The notes beneath the pieces are model-generated. The model saw only the letters and a program-made list of their open reading frames with translations, did no database searches and had not been told where the DNA came from. Shown piece by piece: positions 9,837 to 20,380 of a stretch of DNA of 64,000 nt. Source of the DNA: Promethearchaeota archaeon (GTDB lineage: Archaea; Asgardarchaeota; Lokiarchaeia; Sigyniarchaeales; SOKP01); NCBI GenBank assembly GCA_048937405.1, contig JBHLNF010000009.1, forward strand, positions 128,001 through 192,000. Direction: 5' to 3'. Every line of letters begins with the position of its first letter. The first letter of the stretch is position 1. A program made the translations under genes and the position numbers.

Positions 9837-10152
9837 TTAAAAAACCTGTATAAATTGGGATTATTAAAATTAAGTATTTCTTTGTAATAAGTTTATGCTA
9901 GACTCTTAAAAAAAGTAAAATTATACTCATTTTATTTCCAATAATAATATCAAATGAATATAAAAGATATAGTTTTTATAAAAAATACTTACAATATGAA
10001 TTTCAAAATTTTCAGATCAAATAGATTTTATACCACATTAAAATTAAAGCCTCGAGGTATTATAAAATAACATTTTTCGATTATTTGAAAAACTATATGA
10101 GGAAATTATAATTTTACACATTATCATTTTACTGATAATTTAAAATACAGAA

Positions 10153-11427
10153 ATGTTAAAAAGAATTCAAGACAAAAATATCCATGTCAATAACTCAAAA
10201 GTAATTAATCGGACATGGCCTTTATTTACAATTGCATTTGTAAGATTATTATATGTATCCATTTTTGAAAGAGCTTTAGCAAATTACCTTTATTTTGTTG
10301 TTGATATAAGCGCAAGTACTCTAGGATTTATAAGTTCCGTGGGTGCTCTTATATATATCGTTGGTCCACTTTTTGGGCAATTTATTACCAAGAAATATTT
10401 AGGGATTCGTAATGCACTCATTCTAAACTGTTTTTTAACAGTCGGATTAACAGGAGCACAAATTTTTTATCCTGAAGTGTGGTTCTTAATAATATGTCGA
10501 ATTTTATTAGGATTAGCAATGGGATTATTTTGGCCAAATTGCCTTACATTACTGAGTCAATGGCAAGGAATAGATAGTAAGGAGAAATCGAAGAAGAATT
10601 TTTCATTATTCAATCTTTCTTGGAATTCTGGTTATATTGGTGGACTTTTTCTTGGGTTTATATGGGCTTTAACTTGGAATGATTATTTTGCAATGATAAT
10701 GTCCTGGTTAATATCATTTATATTAATTCCTGTTGGATTTTTTTTAGAAAAAGATACAGAAATTGAGACTTCTGAAAAACTTATAATTTATCAATCAGAG
10801 GATCCCCTTTCTCATTTAGATATAAAAGAAGATTTATCTGTTAATTCTCACACACCTATGATTATATTTCCTATATTATTTTCATGGATAAGCATTATCT
10901 TTTTATCGATATCAAAACCCATTTTCATATTTGGCTATCCTGTGATTTTAAAAGCTTTTGGAGGTTCTTCGGCCCTAACTTATATTGTACAAGGCGGAAA
11001 TCAATTTTTCCAACTTTTAGGATTAACTTGGGTAAATTATATGAAGATACATACAAGAAAAATAGCGACATTGATAAGTATTTCTTTAGTGTCTTTGGTA
11101 GCTTTGACAATTTTCCTTGTAGATGATATCTTATATATAACAATAATTATACCATTTGTTGGATTGTTTTTAGGATTAGTCCACGGATGTGGGATGAAGA
11201 TCATGCTTGAGTACGGTACAGCAGAAAATACTTCAAAATATGCTACTATTAATGAGGTCTTAATAGGGATCGGTTTTGGATTAACTCCAATTGTTGCAGG
11301 ATATGTTGTGGAAGTGTTTATATATGGAATTCACGTTTTTGAAGTATTTTTTGGACTTATTGTTTTATTACCTCTTATATTTCTTTCTAGAAATGTTAAA
11401 CGGGGAAACCCAAAGAATGAAGAATAA
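10153..11427 (+). CDS. MFS transporter
   Basis: About 12 hydrophobic helices in a 6+6 arrangement with a central loop. Confidence 0.8.
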   Translation: MLKRIQDKNIHVNNSKVINRTWPLFTIAFVRLLYVSIFERALANYLYFVVDISASTLGFISSVGALIYIVGPLFGQFITKKYLGIRNALILNCFLTVGLTGAQIFYPEVWFLIICRILLGLAMGLFWPNCLTLLSQWQGIDSKEKSKKNFSLFNLSWNSGYIGGLFLGFIWALTWNDYFAMIMSWLISFILIPVGFFLEKDTEIETSEKLIIYQSEDPLSHLDIKEDLSVNSHTPMIIFPILFSWISIIFLSISKPIFIFGYPVILKAFGGSSALTYIVQGGNQFFQLLGLTWVNYMKIHTRKIATLISISLVSLVALTIFLVDDILYITIIIPFVGLFLGLVHGCGMKIMLEYGTAENTSKYATINEVLIGIGFGLTPIVAGYVVEVFIYGIHVFEVFFGLIVLLPLIFLSRNVKRGNPKNEE

Positions 11428-11448
11428 GTTATATCTCTATTTTATTGT

Positions 11449-11928
11449 TTAATCGGGATTTTTACAAATCAATTTGTCTAGATGGGTTGACAGTTCTGAT
11501 TCCAAACTTTGATTAACTGGATATCCTTTTTCTATATGTTCTGAAACGTGATTTCTTAAAAATAGTTCAAGATCAATCGATGTTTCTAATTTCTGTAAAA
11601 AAATATCATCTTCATAATTTGTATCTGTAATCCTAGAAAGGTACATATAAATTATTATACTTATAGCTTCCTCCAAATTCCTAGATCCGACTATTAGAGC
11701 ATAGTCTCCATCAAATAGTGATCCATGATAACTAAAGATATTTGTATTTCCCCATTTCTTAATCTTGTCCTGTAAAAAATTTAATACTCCAAGAATCTCT
11801 AAAGGTGATTTATCTGGGTTAAGTTTAAAGAATATACCACATTCAGCTTTTTGTTCATAAATAGTTAGTAAATTATTTATTTGAATTTTGAGTTTAACTT
11901 TAAATTCAGAAGAATTAATTTTTGACAT
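11449..11928 (-). CDS. Hypothetical protein
   Basis: 159-aa ORF filling the gap between genes; no motif recognised. Confidence 0.65.
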   Translation of the reverse strand: MSKINSSEFKVKLKIQINNLLTIYEQKAECGIFFKLNPDKSPLEILGVLNFLQDKIKKWGNTNIFSYHGSLFDGDYALIVGSRNLEEAISIIIYMYLSRITDTNYEDDIFLQKLETSIDLELFLRNHVSEHIEKGYPVNQSLESELSTHLDKLICKNPD

Positions 11929-12074
11929 ACAATATTATAAACAAATTAACAATTTCTATTATGATTTTCTAGCTTGAGTTATAAAAATGCAAAAATTTAA
12001 ATATTTACTAACAAAAATGTAAAATGCTTTAAAATTAAAACTTAATTATAAATAATTAGAGAGGTGATACCTAT

Positions 12075-12380
12075 ATGATTTTTATAACTACTCAATGGAT
12101 CCCATATCATAAAACTGAAGAATGGTTCAAATTATTTCAAGAAGTTCAAGGTAAATTTCCACCTTATATAAAGAAATGGCAAACTTTCGCTGCTCCTGAT
12201 AAAAATCGGGGAATAAAGGGTTATAATATTATCTTTGTAGAAAAAGGGAAAGCAGATGAAGCAGTAATCGAGGTTTCAAAATTGTTCACGCCATTCTGGA
12301 AAATTGAAGGTTTTTCAATGAAAACTGAGATGGTAATGGCAATGAGAGATGCGGTTAAGGTATTAGGTAAAAGTTTGTAA
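12075..12380 (+). CDS. Hypothetical protein (small alpha/beta)
   Basis: Strong SD GAGGTGA upstream; 101 aa. Confidence 0.75.
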   Translation: MIFITTQWIPYHKTEEWFKLFQEVQGKFPPYIKKWQTFAAPDKNRGIKGYNIIFVEKGKADEAVIEVSKLFTPFWKIEGFSMKTEMVMAMRDAVKVLGKSL

Positions 12381-12416
12381 TCAAGTAATAATCTACTAAT
12401 TCTTTCATTATTTTTT

Positions 12417-14480
12417 TTATTTTTCAAAATATTTTTCTATTTTAATAATCCAAGGATGATTATTAATATTTTCTACTTCATTATTTATATCCTCATCACT
12501 TCGTAAGTTTTTAATAAAAAGATCTAATCTTTCAAATGATAACTGCTTTAGATTTTTAAGATATAAGGATACTCTATTAATTAATTCTGTATTTAAACCA
12601 TCTGATTTAAGCTTACGGGAAAATATAATCTCGCTTATTAAAAGATTTATTAATTTGTTAAAATATTCAATAATATTTTTGTTTTCATCTCTTATAATCT
12701 CATTTTCATTTATATGGATCATTATATCTGCCAATTTATTAAAAACATCATATTCCTCAAGGAATTTGAGTGGTAATCTATTAATATTATTAACAGAAAT
12801 TTCTGTGGTTAAATGTGCTCCCAAATTAAATACAGAATCATAATAAAAGTTCATTACCTTTGAATTCATTAATAAGAGAAGATATTTAATACTAAATTTA
12901 TCATCTAAATTCTCCTTTGGGATTATAGCGATACAAGTACTTAAAGGATAATATTTCATATTGTCATAAGCTACAGTGAGATTTGAACTAATTGTTTGCA
13001 TGATTAATTTTTCAGGTTTTTGAAATATCGATTCATCCCGAGCCCTATGGAGGGCTTTAGGGTCATAATTCACATACAAACCATTAAAATCTATAAAATA
13101 ACGTCCAATATTTTTACCCCTAAGAGTTTTTTTAAACTTTTCACTAACTTTATGATCTTTTAAGAATTTTGTGTCGTTTCCAGTAGCTATACACGTTTTT
13201 GCTTCAAAATAGTCATTTAAAATAAAATCTTTATTATTTCTAATATAATTTATGATTTCAAGTTCATCATGTAAAAGTTCCAAATTAAAGTTATAATTTT
13301 CTTGCTTTAAGTAGATGTTTTGGGGTAATTCCTTGATTAAAATATCTTTAGATGTTATTATGTTTTGTTTATTAAAATTAGTTTTTATTTTGATTTTATG
13401 AGTTTTTATTGGAAGGGTATTTTTTATAAGAATAATAACGGCTTCGGCTGTTATAGAAGGAAAAGCTCCAGCTCCAACATCAATGATTTCTTCAATAGTA
13501 GTATGCTCAAGAAGAAATTTCCTTAGTAAATCATAATTATTAGATCTAATTATATTTTTATGAATAACAAAACAATTTATTGAAAATAAGTTGCATATAT
13601 TAATAGAGCGCTCAATAAAGATTCCAAATGTATTCATTAGACCTTTAGTGGTTTTATATCTTTCCTGGAATATTGCCTTCTCGAGAGGAGAGAGGTTTTT
13701 ATTTGAAATATACGGGGGATTTTCAATTATTATATCAAAACCTCCTCTCTCCATTATTTTTGGGAATTCATAGAACCAATGAAAAGGTTTTAATGTATAT
13801 AGCATTGTCTTTTCCTCTCTTTCTGTTAGATCCAATTTTTTTAAATCTTTATGGGTATGAAATAAATACTTAATTTCATCATAAAAACAGGCATTCAAAT
13901 CTTTATGATTTAAAGAAGTTATTTCTGATTTGTTAATGTAGCCAATTACGGCATTACCTAATTTTAAATTAAAATGTATATTTTGCTTATCATTATCCTT
14001 TTCATTATGAACCAAGTGTTTTATCGTAGCCAATAATCTTTTTTTTGTATTTTCAATTGCATCTTTTTCAATATCTACACCAAATAAATTACGCGAAATA
14101 ATTTCTTTTTTTATCTTTAAATTTGTCCAATTTATTATTCCTAGGCTTCTCAAATTAACCATATATTTTTCTATGACTTTTAAAGCAGCAATTAAAAGGT
14201 GTCCACTTCCAACAGCAGGATCTAATACTTTCAAATCCCTTAATACTTCAAAAACATATTCAAATTGTTCTCTATCAATTTTATCAATAGTATAAACTAA
14301 GGAACCTCTATTATCATTCTCTTTTCGAATGTATTTTTCAAATAATTCATCTATAGATATTTTATTTGTTGAAAATCTCTTATTAATTTTAGTCACAAGA
14401 AATTTATCTATTGTAATTTGAGCAATGTAATTAGTTAAATTTTCAGGTGTGTATACTCTTCCTATCTTCTGTGAATTCAT
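12417..14480 (-). CDS. N6-adenine DNA methyltransferase (Eco57I/TaqI-like, gamma class) with C-terminal target-recognition domain
   Basis: VYTP, VLDPAVGSG (motif I), FHWFYEFP...GGFDIIIENPPY (motif IV); no nuclease domain or partner gene seen. Confidence 0.88.
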   Translation of the reverse strand: MNSQKIGRVYTPENLTNYIAQITIDKFLVTKINKRFSTNKISIDELFEKYIRKENDNRGSLVYTIDKIDREQFEYVFEVLRDLKVLDPAVGSGHLLIAALKVIEKYMVNLRSLGIINWTNLKIKKEIISRNLFGVDIEKDAIENTKKRLLATIKHLVHNEKDNDKQNIHFNLKLGNAVIGYINKSEITSLNHKDLNACFYDEIKYLFHTHKDLKKLDLTEREEKTMLYTLKPFHWFYEFPKIMERGGFDIIIENPPYISNKNLSPLEKAIFQERYKTTKGLMNTFGIFIERSINICNLFSINCFVIHKNIIRSNNYDLLRKFLLEHTTIEEIIDVGAGAFPSITAEAVIILIKNTLPIKTHKIKIKTNFNKQNIITSKDILIKELPQNIYLKQENYNFNLELLHDELEIINYIRNNKDFILNDYFEAKTCIATGNDTKFLKDHKVSEKFKKTLRGKNIGRYFIDFNGLYVNYDPKALHRARDESIFQKPEKLIMQTISSNLTVAYDNMKYYPLSTCIAIIPKENLDDKFSIKYLLLLMNSKVMNFYYDSVFNLGAHLTTEISVNNINRLPLKFLEEYDVFNKLADIMIHINENEIIRDENKNIIEYFNKLINLLISEIIFSRKLKSDGLNTELINRVSLYLKNLKQLSFERLDLFIKNLRSDEDINNEVENINNHPWIIKIEKYFEK

Positions 14481-14600
14481 TTTTTATATATTAATATTTT
14501 ATAGAGATGAAATGATAATAATTTTGATTCTCTTTTTAATAAATATAATTGAGTTAATATGAATTATTAATAACAATATTACGATCCTAATCTAGCAAAT

Positions 14601-14819
14601 ATGGAAGAATTTAGCAAACTAGATAAAAAAATTCGAAATGTCTCTTTATTAGTAATATTAATTGCAATAATAATCATTATTTTTTGGATGATAAGTTATA
14701 TAGATTCTCCAGAAAATAATTCTCCATTATTAATGGCTATTGGTATTGCGCTTCTCCTCGGAGGAATATTATTATTTACAAAAGTTCAATATATTATTTT
14801 GATGAGGAAACGTTATTAA
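14601..14819 (+). CDS. Small 2-TM membrane protein
   Basis: Two hydrophobic helices. Confidence 0.65.
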   Translation: MEEFSKLDKKIRNVSLLVILIAIIIIIFWMISYIDSPENNSPLLMAIGIALLLGGILLFTKVQYIILMRKRY

Positions 14820-15109
14820 AAATAATCTGATATAACCAGACTGAAGCTTATTATTATATTATTAACGTAATTACTAACGGAAAAACTATACTGATCAATA
14901 ATATAATCCAAAACCAAAATGTCCCAAACATTTTAGTTTGTTTTTTATAATTATAATATTCCTCTTTAAAGCGTATTCCAACATCATATATTTCCTCTAA
15001 TTTTGCTTGAAAAAAATTCGCTATTAGAATTAAAGGAAAAATAAGAAATCCATCAATATTTATTCCTCTTAAACCAAAACCTAGCGATATGATGATTATT
15101 CCAAAATAT

Positions 15110-15300
15110 ATTGGATGCCTACAGAATGAGTGAACTACACACAGCCGAAAGGCTGTCGCTTCCTACGAGTGCGCAACCGCTTCTACTACGGGTTGGTCTG
15201 TATGTCGTAGAAAACCATTCCATCGTGTTAGGAATGATTCCTCGTTCACGGAGGATTCATGCGATAAGAAATCGAATTTATGTTTCTCTGATAAAAACCG
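15110..15300 (-). ncRNA. Predicted TnpB omegaRNA (scaffold overlapping the tnpB 3' end and right end; guide from flank 15110-15129); scaffold 5' boundary approximate
   Basis: Established TnpB architecture plus the right-end hairpin and TTCAC end seen here. Confidence 0.55.
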
Positions 15301-16579
15301 GATCATGATATTAATTGCTGAGTTGAGATCTCGGTCAATACGATTTCCACAATCACAAATAATAAATCTCTCAAAAATTACCCTATTTTTGAGCTTTCCA
15401 CATTTGCAGCAGGCTTTTGTAGTCTTGAATTCGTCAATTCTTATTACTTTTTTACCCATTTTTTCTGCTTTGTAGGTTAAGAATTCGACAAATCGAGACA
15501 AATAGCCTGTGTTGTGAACCGAATGGTTGAGTGTGTGATTTAACCTATTCTTTTTAGCATTACCCGTTCCTTTCTTCTTTTGAGCCATCTGTTTTACTTT
15601 TAAATCTCCAACAATAATCGTGTTCGCTTTGGTATTAGTTACAATTTGGTTTGAGAGCCAATGCTGGAAATCTTTCAGTTGATAAGCGCATTTTTTAATC
15701 ATCCGAAGCAGTTTTGAATGATACCAATGCCATTTATTACTGTATCTCTTACAATGATCTCGTTTTGAGTGGACTTCTTCTATTTTTTTTTTCCAATAGA
15801 GGTCTGCTCTTCTGTGAGTGAATTGTACTGAGTTTCCAGAAAGGTTTATCCCTACAGTTTGATTTATTCCTAAATCAATTGCTTGATAAGAGCGATTATC
15901 ATAATATTCAGGGACGTTGAGATCGTATGTGAGGGAAATATACCATCTCTCATCAGACTGAAAAAGTTCTATTTGCTTAATAGTCCCTTGAGGAATGAGA
16001 TGAGAGGGAACTTCAAATTCAAGTATGATATTCGAAGGATGTTTATGAGAGAAGATGATTGAACTCTCTTGTAATTTAAAACCAGATTGATTATAACAAA
16101 GGGTGGTGAAATACTTCTTCCCTTTAAATCGGGGGGATCTTGCATCTTTATCTCCCTTTTTCCATAACACAAAGAAGGATTTATAGTTTGCATCGAGTTT
16201 TTTCAGTACTGTCTGGAGAACTTTTGAATATACCCATTTATATTCTGGATATTTCTCTTTTAATTCCGGTAATGCTCTTGATTGGATAAGATAATTAAGA
16301 TAGCGACGTTTTTCTCGTGGAAGATCCTTATTTTTGTACCAATTTTCCATTCGTTCAGCTAACGCAAAATTATATAAGAGGCGACATTTGTCTGATAAGA
16401 TCCAAAGAAGGAGTTCTTGCTTTTCAGAAGGGAATATCCTAATTCTTTGCGTTAGCTTCATTTCTATAATGAGAGTACACCGCAAATTAAAAAAGAGGAG
16501 TGGATAAAGATTTAGTGATTTTTTCTTCATGCTCAATTCATCATCTCCCTAAAAGGAGGTGTATTCTTGAGCTTTTGTA
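15130..16579 (-). mobile_element. IS200/IS605-family element, tnpB only (IS1341-type), 1450 bp
   Basis: Inserted 3' of TTTAT with no TSD; left-end hairpin GCTCAA..CACCTCC/GGGAGATG..TTGAGC; right-end hairpin ACAGCC-TTTC-GGCTGT ending in TAGTTCAC. Confidence 0.92.
15163..16461 (-). CDS. tnpB: RNA-guided endonuclease TnpB (likely start MKLTQRIRI at 16461)
   Basis: HTH_OrfB-like N-terminus (RIRIFP..LLYNFAL), PRFKG, RuvC-I AIDLG, Zn finger CCKC..CDC, RuvC-III DRDLNSAINI. Confidence 0.95.
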   Translation of the reverse strand: MKLTQRIRIFPSEKQELLLWILSDKCRLLYNFALAERMENWYKNKDLPREKRRYLNYLIQSRALPELKEKYPEYKWVYSKVLQTVLKKLDANYKSFFVLWKKGDKDARSPRFKGKKYFTTLCYNQSGFKLQESSIIFSHKHPSNIILEFEVPSHLIPQGTIKQIELFQSDERWYISLTYDLNVPEYYDNRSYQAIDLGINQTVGINLSGNSVQFTHRRADLYWKKKIEEVHSKRDHCKRYSNKWHWYHSKLLRMIKKCAYQLKDFQHWLSNQIVTNTKANTIIVGDLKVKQMAQKKKGTGNAKKNRLNHTLNHSVHNTGYLSRFVEFLTYKAEKMGKKVIRIDEFKTTKACCKCGKLKNRVIFERFIICDCGNRIDRDLNSAINIMIRFLSEKHKFDFLSHESSVNEESFLTRWNGFLRHTDQPVVEAVAHS

Positions 16580-16975
16580 ATAAATTCCATTTGTTAATAA
16601 TTTGCTAACAGTATCTTTGGCTCCAACCACTCTACGCATTAAAATAGTCCTTAATAATATTAATATTCCTAAAATCATTAATATTAACCCTAGAATATCA
16701 AACCATCTTACATTAAAAGGATCTTTAAAAATTGAAGGTTTTTGAATTATTTCCTCTTCAGAAGGAATTATCATTGGCGCATAGCAAAAGAAATTAAAAA
16801 GAATGACTGAAATAATGTTAATAGTGGTGTTTTCTAATATTTCCGTATATTTATCACGATTTTTAAGAAAATAAGCAAATATCATTATAAGAACAAATAA
16901 ACTTCCTATTAGGCTTAATCTAAATATCCATAATATCGACATTTTGTTCACCAAATTAATTTTTTATCATGTAAT

Positions 16976-17587
16976 TTATTCTTTTATTATTTTGAAAGGT
17001 AAATATCTTCCTACTCTATTTTTGTAGTTTTTATAATCATCGCCAAATCTTTGAAGTAGAAATTTTTCCTCATCGATGGCTTTTGAATTAAAAGTAATTA
17101 TATTAAAAATAGCGATTAATAAGACAATTATAGTTGGAATTATTAGAAAAGAACCGAAAACAAGTAAAAATACCCCAAAAACGATAGGGTTTCTCATAAT
17201 TCTATAAATTCCTGTAGTAATAAGCTCAGTTTCGTCTATAGGGAGTTCAATCCTAAAGTTAATCCCAAGTGCTACAATTCCCAATATTTCCAATAAAAAT
17301 CCAAATGAGATAAGAATCATCCCAGTTATAATAATCATGTCATTCGATAAGAAATTTAAATGCCAGAAAGTCTCAATTAAATTATTGAAAAATATATATA
17401 AGATAATCAGAACTAACCATAAGAATATCGATACCGAACTAAACTGTGTCAATATAGCAGATCCCTCATGAGTACCATGAGGATTACTACCGCTTTTTTT
17501 TACTACTATAAGAGGCCAAATAAAGCCAATAATAAATAACAATATAGAAATAATAAAAAATGTTTTAATATAGATTGTATCGATAAT
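16976..17587 (-). CDS. ICMT/PEMT-family membrane methyltransferase (probable ATT start at 17587; track start 17542)
   Basis: LITTGIYRIMRNPI, DEEKFLLQRFGDDYKNY..RVGRY; SD GGTGA 6 nt before ATT. Confidence 0.85.
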   Translation of the reverse strand: MIDTIYIKTFFIISILLFIIGFIWPLIVVKKSGSNPHGTHEGSAILTQFSSVSIFLWLVLIILYIFFNNLIETFWHLNFLSNDMIIITGMILISFGFLLEILGIVALGINFRIELPIDETELITTGIYRIMRNPIVFGVFLLVFGSFLIIPTIIVLLIAIFNIITFNSKAIDEEKFLLQRFGDDYKNYKNRVGRYLPFKIIKE

Positions 17588-18023
17588 TTCTTCTCACCAC
17601 GTTTTATCCTATTACCTATTTTCTGTATAATTTAGAAATTTAACCATCCTATTGATAAGGGAAGAAATAACTCTATCCCGATCCGCTTCTATCTTATTAA
17701 TAAATCTATCAGAATGCATTATATTTAAGTCTTTTAGTCACACCTAATTTATCTAAAAAAATATTTGTGAAGGGATAATGTTAAAGGATAATCTATGAGA
17801 TTTATGAATGAATAAATAAATATTTGTGTTCTCCAATTCACTTTCCATACACTAATCTTTCTATTATATCTTAAAAGTATCAATCCAAAAGAAATTAATA
17901 TTTCATAAAAAGAGAAATTGATAAAATATCTTTTTCTTCTGACTCAACAATTCAATAGATTGTTTTTATTTGAGTACTAATTTCGAGTATTTAAAATTAT
18001 TATTAATTTTAAAAATGAAGATT

Positions 18024-18704
18024 TTAAAATATGTAATTATCCCCAACACAGACTCGCTTAAATTGATACGGATATTTTTCCTTTATAAGATTGTAATATT
18101 GTGAACAATGACAGGCCCCAATAAAATCAATATCTTCTAAATAAAATAAATCTTTAAAACCATGAAATCCCCCTATTATTGCTTTAATTCTGGAAATATT
18201 CTGAGTTTTTATGATAAATTTTTCTAGACCCGGATGTGCACAACCAACTAATACAACAAATTCATTATCCTCAGTTTTTAGAAAAACTGATTGCTCTGGG
18301 ATAAAACTTCCTTTGATTTGTCCTGAAATAAAGAGATTTTTTTCAATTTCGATCATTTCTGAACTCCCATAGATTTGATTATTTGGAAATGCATCTGAAA
18401 ACCCTTTTTCCTCATCATTTGGAACATAAACCTTGATATTCGAATTAATTTGTAATATATTTACTAAACCACCTGTATGATCAAAATGGGCGTGGGAAAT
18501 AACTATGTTGCTTATAGCTGAAATTTCAACATTGAATTTTTTAATATTATGGATTAGAATATCTCCATTTCCTCCAGTATCAAATAAGGTAAAATTTTCT
18601 GTGAAATAATTATATATTAACACTGAAAATCCAAAACCAGGTAAAAATTCCGGTTTGTGGCATTTATTATCAAAAACAATATAGATTTTAAATGATTGGT
18701 TCAT
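18024..18704 (-). CDS. MBL-fold metallohydrolase
   Basis: LFDTG, SHAHFDHTGG, GCAHPG, GGFH, CHC. Confidence 0.88.
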   Translation of the reverse strand: MNQSFKIYIVFDNKCHKPEFLPGFGFSVLIYNYFTENFTLFDTGGNGDILIHNIKKFNVEISAISNIVISHAHFDHTGGLVNILQINSNIKVYVPNDEEKGFSDAFPNNQIYGSSEMIEIEKNLFISGQIKGSFIPEQSVFLKTEDNEFVVLVGCAHPGLEKFIIKTQNISRIKAIIGGFHGFKDLFYLEDIDFIGACHCSQYYNLIKEKYPYQFKRVCVGDNYIF

Positions 18705-18906
18705 TTTTATTCAAATTTAATTTTTACTAACAATAATTCTATAGTTACTATTAGTCTAACTATAATGGAAATTTATTATATACAATGTAATCTTTCCTGT
18801 TGTACTAATCCAGCTTTCTTTAAAATTATTTAAACTATCTCAAAAGATCATAAAACTATTAAATTTAAATCCCCCTAGTTTATATATAATTTCAATTTAT
18901 TTCAGG

Positions 18907-19437
18907 TTGAGAACAAAAATTCCTTTCTATAAAATATGCATATGCGGAGACTTTAGTGTAGGCAAGACTACATTACTTCACCAATATTTGCAAAGGAGAT
19001 TTACCCCAAATGTTGGTTCGACAATCGGATCCAATTTTTTCGCAAAATATATTAGAATTCCCAATATTAAAGATACTTTTACTTTGCAGATATGGGATTT
19101 AGCAGGACAAGATCGCTATAAGTGGGTAAGACATGAATTTTACAAAGGAGCAAAGGGAATTGTATATGTTTTTGATTTAACAAGAAGGAACACCTTCGAA
19201 AATATTAAAAAATGGAAAGATGAAACTGAGAAAGTTCTTGGAAATTTATCAAGTGTACTTGTTGGAAATAAACTTGATTTAATAAATTCTGGAAATAGAA
19301 TAGTTGAAAAACGAGAAGCAGAGAGTTTAAAAAAGAACATTTCTGCCTGTGAATATTTTGAAGCTAGTGCGAAAATAGGTACTAGTGTAGAAGAATTCTT
19401 TTTGAAATTAGTATCACATATATATAAAACATCCTAA
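18907..19437 (+). CDS. Rab/Ras-like small GTPase
   Basis: GDFSVGKT, TIG, WDLAGQ, GNKLD, EASAK (G1-G5); no C-terminal Cys. Confidence 0.93.
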   Translation: MRTKIPFYKICICGDFSVGKTTLLHQYLQRRFTPNVGSTIGSNFFAKYIRIPNIKDTFTLQIWDLAGQDRYKWVRHEFYKGAKGIVYVFDLTRRNTFENIKKWKDETEKVLGNLSSVLVGNKLDLINSGNRIVEKREAESLKKNISACEYFEASAKIGTSVEEFFLKLVSHIYKTS

Positions 19438-19543
19438 ATACTCTTAAAATTAAGTTATGAGAGAATTAATAGGTGAATACTTAATTTATTCATTGTTTGA
19501 ACCTTAAAAAAAACTATAAAAGTAATTAGTTCTTCGAATAAGA

Positions 19544-20380
19544 TTAAAAGAAAATAAACGATTCTAAATTAAGTAATCCAAATCCACTTTCTAATAATTC
19601 ACCCAAGCGAGAAATAAAACGGGTTGCAGGAGCTCCATCTACAACGTCATGATTAATTAAAACTGTAACTGCTAAATAGTCTCTAATTTCAATTTTTTCC
19701 TCAATTACACCTGGTTTTTTAGTTATTGCTCCAATACCAAAAGCTAGAGGGTGAGTTGTTGTTGGTATTGGCCATCCGTGAAGTTTTCCAAACATACCTA
19801 CCGAAGTAACTATGATGGTTCCCATAAGTTGCTTGATTTTTCTTGGATCTCTAAATTTATTCTTTAGAAGGAATGTTCTAATGAATTTCGGTAAAGCCAC
19901 ATATGTCTTTACATTTTTCTTCATACTGTGATTTCCTAATACTGTTGCTTCGCTAATTTTTTCAGATTGAGCTCTCCTAATTTCTTCATTGATTTGTTTA
20001 ATTGTTTTTTTATTGGTTTGTCTAATGATAAGTGGTATAGGAGTCTTTACTCCTTCAATTGTCCTCTCAATACTTACAGAAATATCAACATCCTCGAATT
20101 GGATGATCTTATTCTTTCCCATCATCATAGAATGAACTTCCTTATATTCACTAGCCGCTTGTCCAACACATTTAAGAAACCATGCAGTAAATGATATTTT
20201 TTCTCCAGTGTTCTTTTCATGTTCCTGAATTTTCTTCCTACCTTCTGTTACATCAAATTCAATTAAACCTTTTACATAATGCTTTTTTGCGCCTAATGAT
20301 AGGAAGTCTAGAGTAGGGATTCTAACTTTTGGGAATTCGATAATCTTATAGTGACCGATATTGCTTAATTCTTTCATCAT
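19544..20380 (-). CDS. Stand-alone 2-oxoacid dehydrogenase E2-type acyltransferase catalytic domain
   Basis: GTIIVTSVG and NHDVVDGAPA (HxxxDG); no lipoyl domain. Confidence 0.88.
   Translation of the reverse strand: MMKELSNIGHYKIIEFPKVRIPTLDFLSLGAKKHYVKGLIEFDVTEGRKKIQEHEKNTGEKISFTAWFLKCVGQAASEYKEVHSMMMGKNKIIQFEDVDISVSIERTIEGVKTPIPLIIRQTNKKTIKQINEEIRRAQSEKISEATVLGNHSMKKNVKTYVALPKFIRTFLLKNKFRDPRKIKQLMGTIIVTSVGMFGKLHGWPIPTTTHPLAFGIGAITKKPGVIEEKIEIRDYLAVTVLINHDVVDGAPATRFISRLGELLESGFGLLNLESFIFF

Larger units (their letters stand above)
14854..16954 (-). pseudogene. ICMT/PEMT-family membrane methyltransferase interrupted by an IS (5' part 16580-16954, 3' part 14854-15129)
   Basis: Removing 15130-16579 restores the in-frame sequence LLTNGIY|SFCRHPIYFG...KLEE...RFKEEYYNYKK, which carries the family signature. 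Confidence 0.9.

Noticed and set aside
15130-16579. IStron (self-splicing intron-IS) that would spare the host gene
   Set aside because: Only about 118 nt lie between the left end and tnpB, too little for a group I intron core
16541-16954. 137-aa ORF as an intact gene
   Set aside because: It is the 5' half of the interrupted gene; its last residues come from the IS left end
17612-17719. 35-aa minus-strand ORF MHSDRFINKIEAD...
   Set aside because: Short and without a motif; could be a gene remnant, but there is not enough support
16976-19437. ICMT-family genes plus Rab-like GTPase as a prenylation pathway
   Set aside because: The GTPase has no C-terminal Cys/CaaX, and ICMT/PEMT homologs are common in prokaryotes
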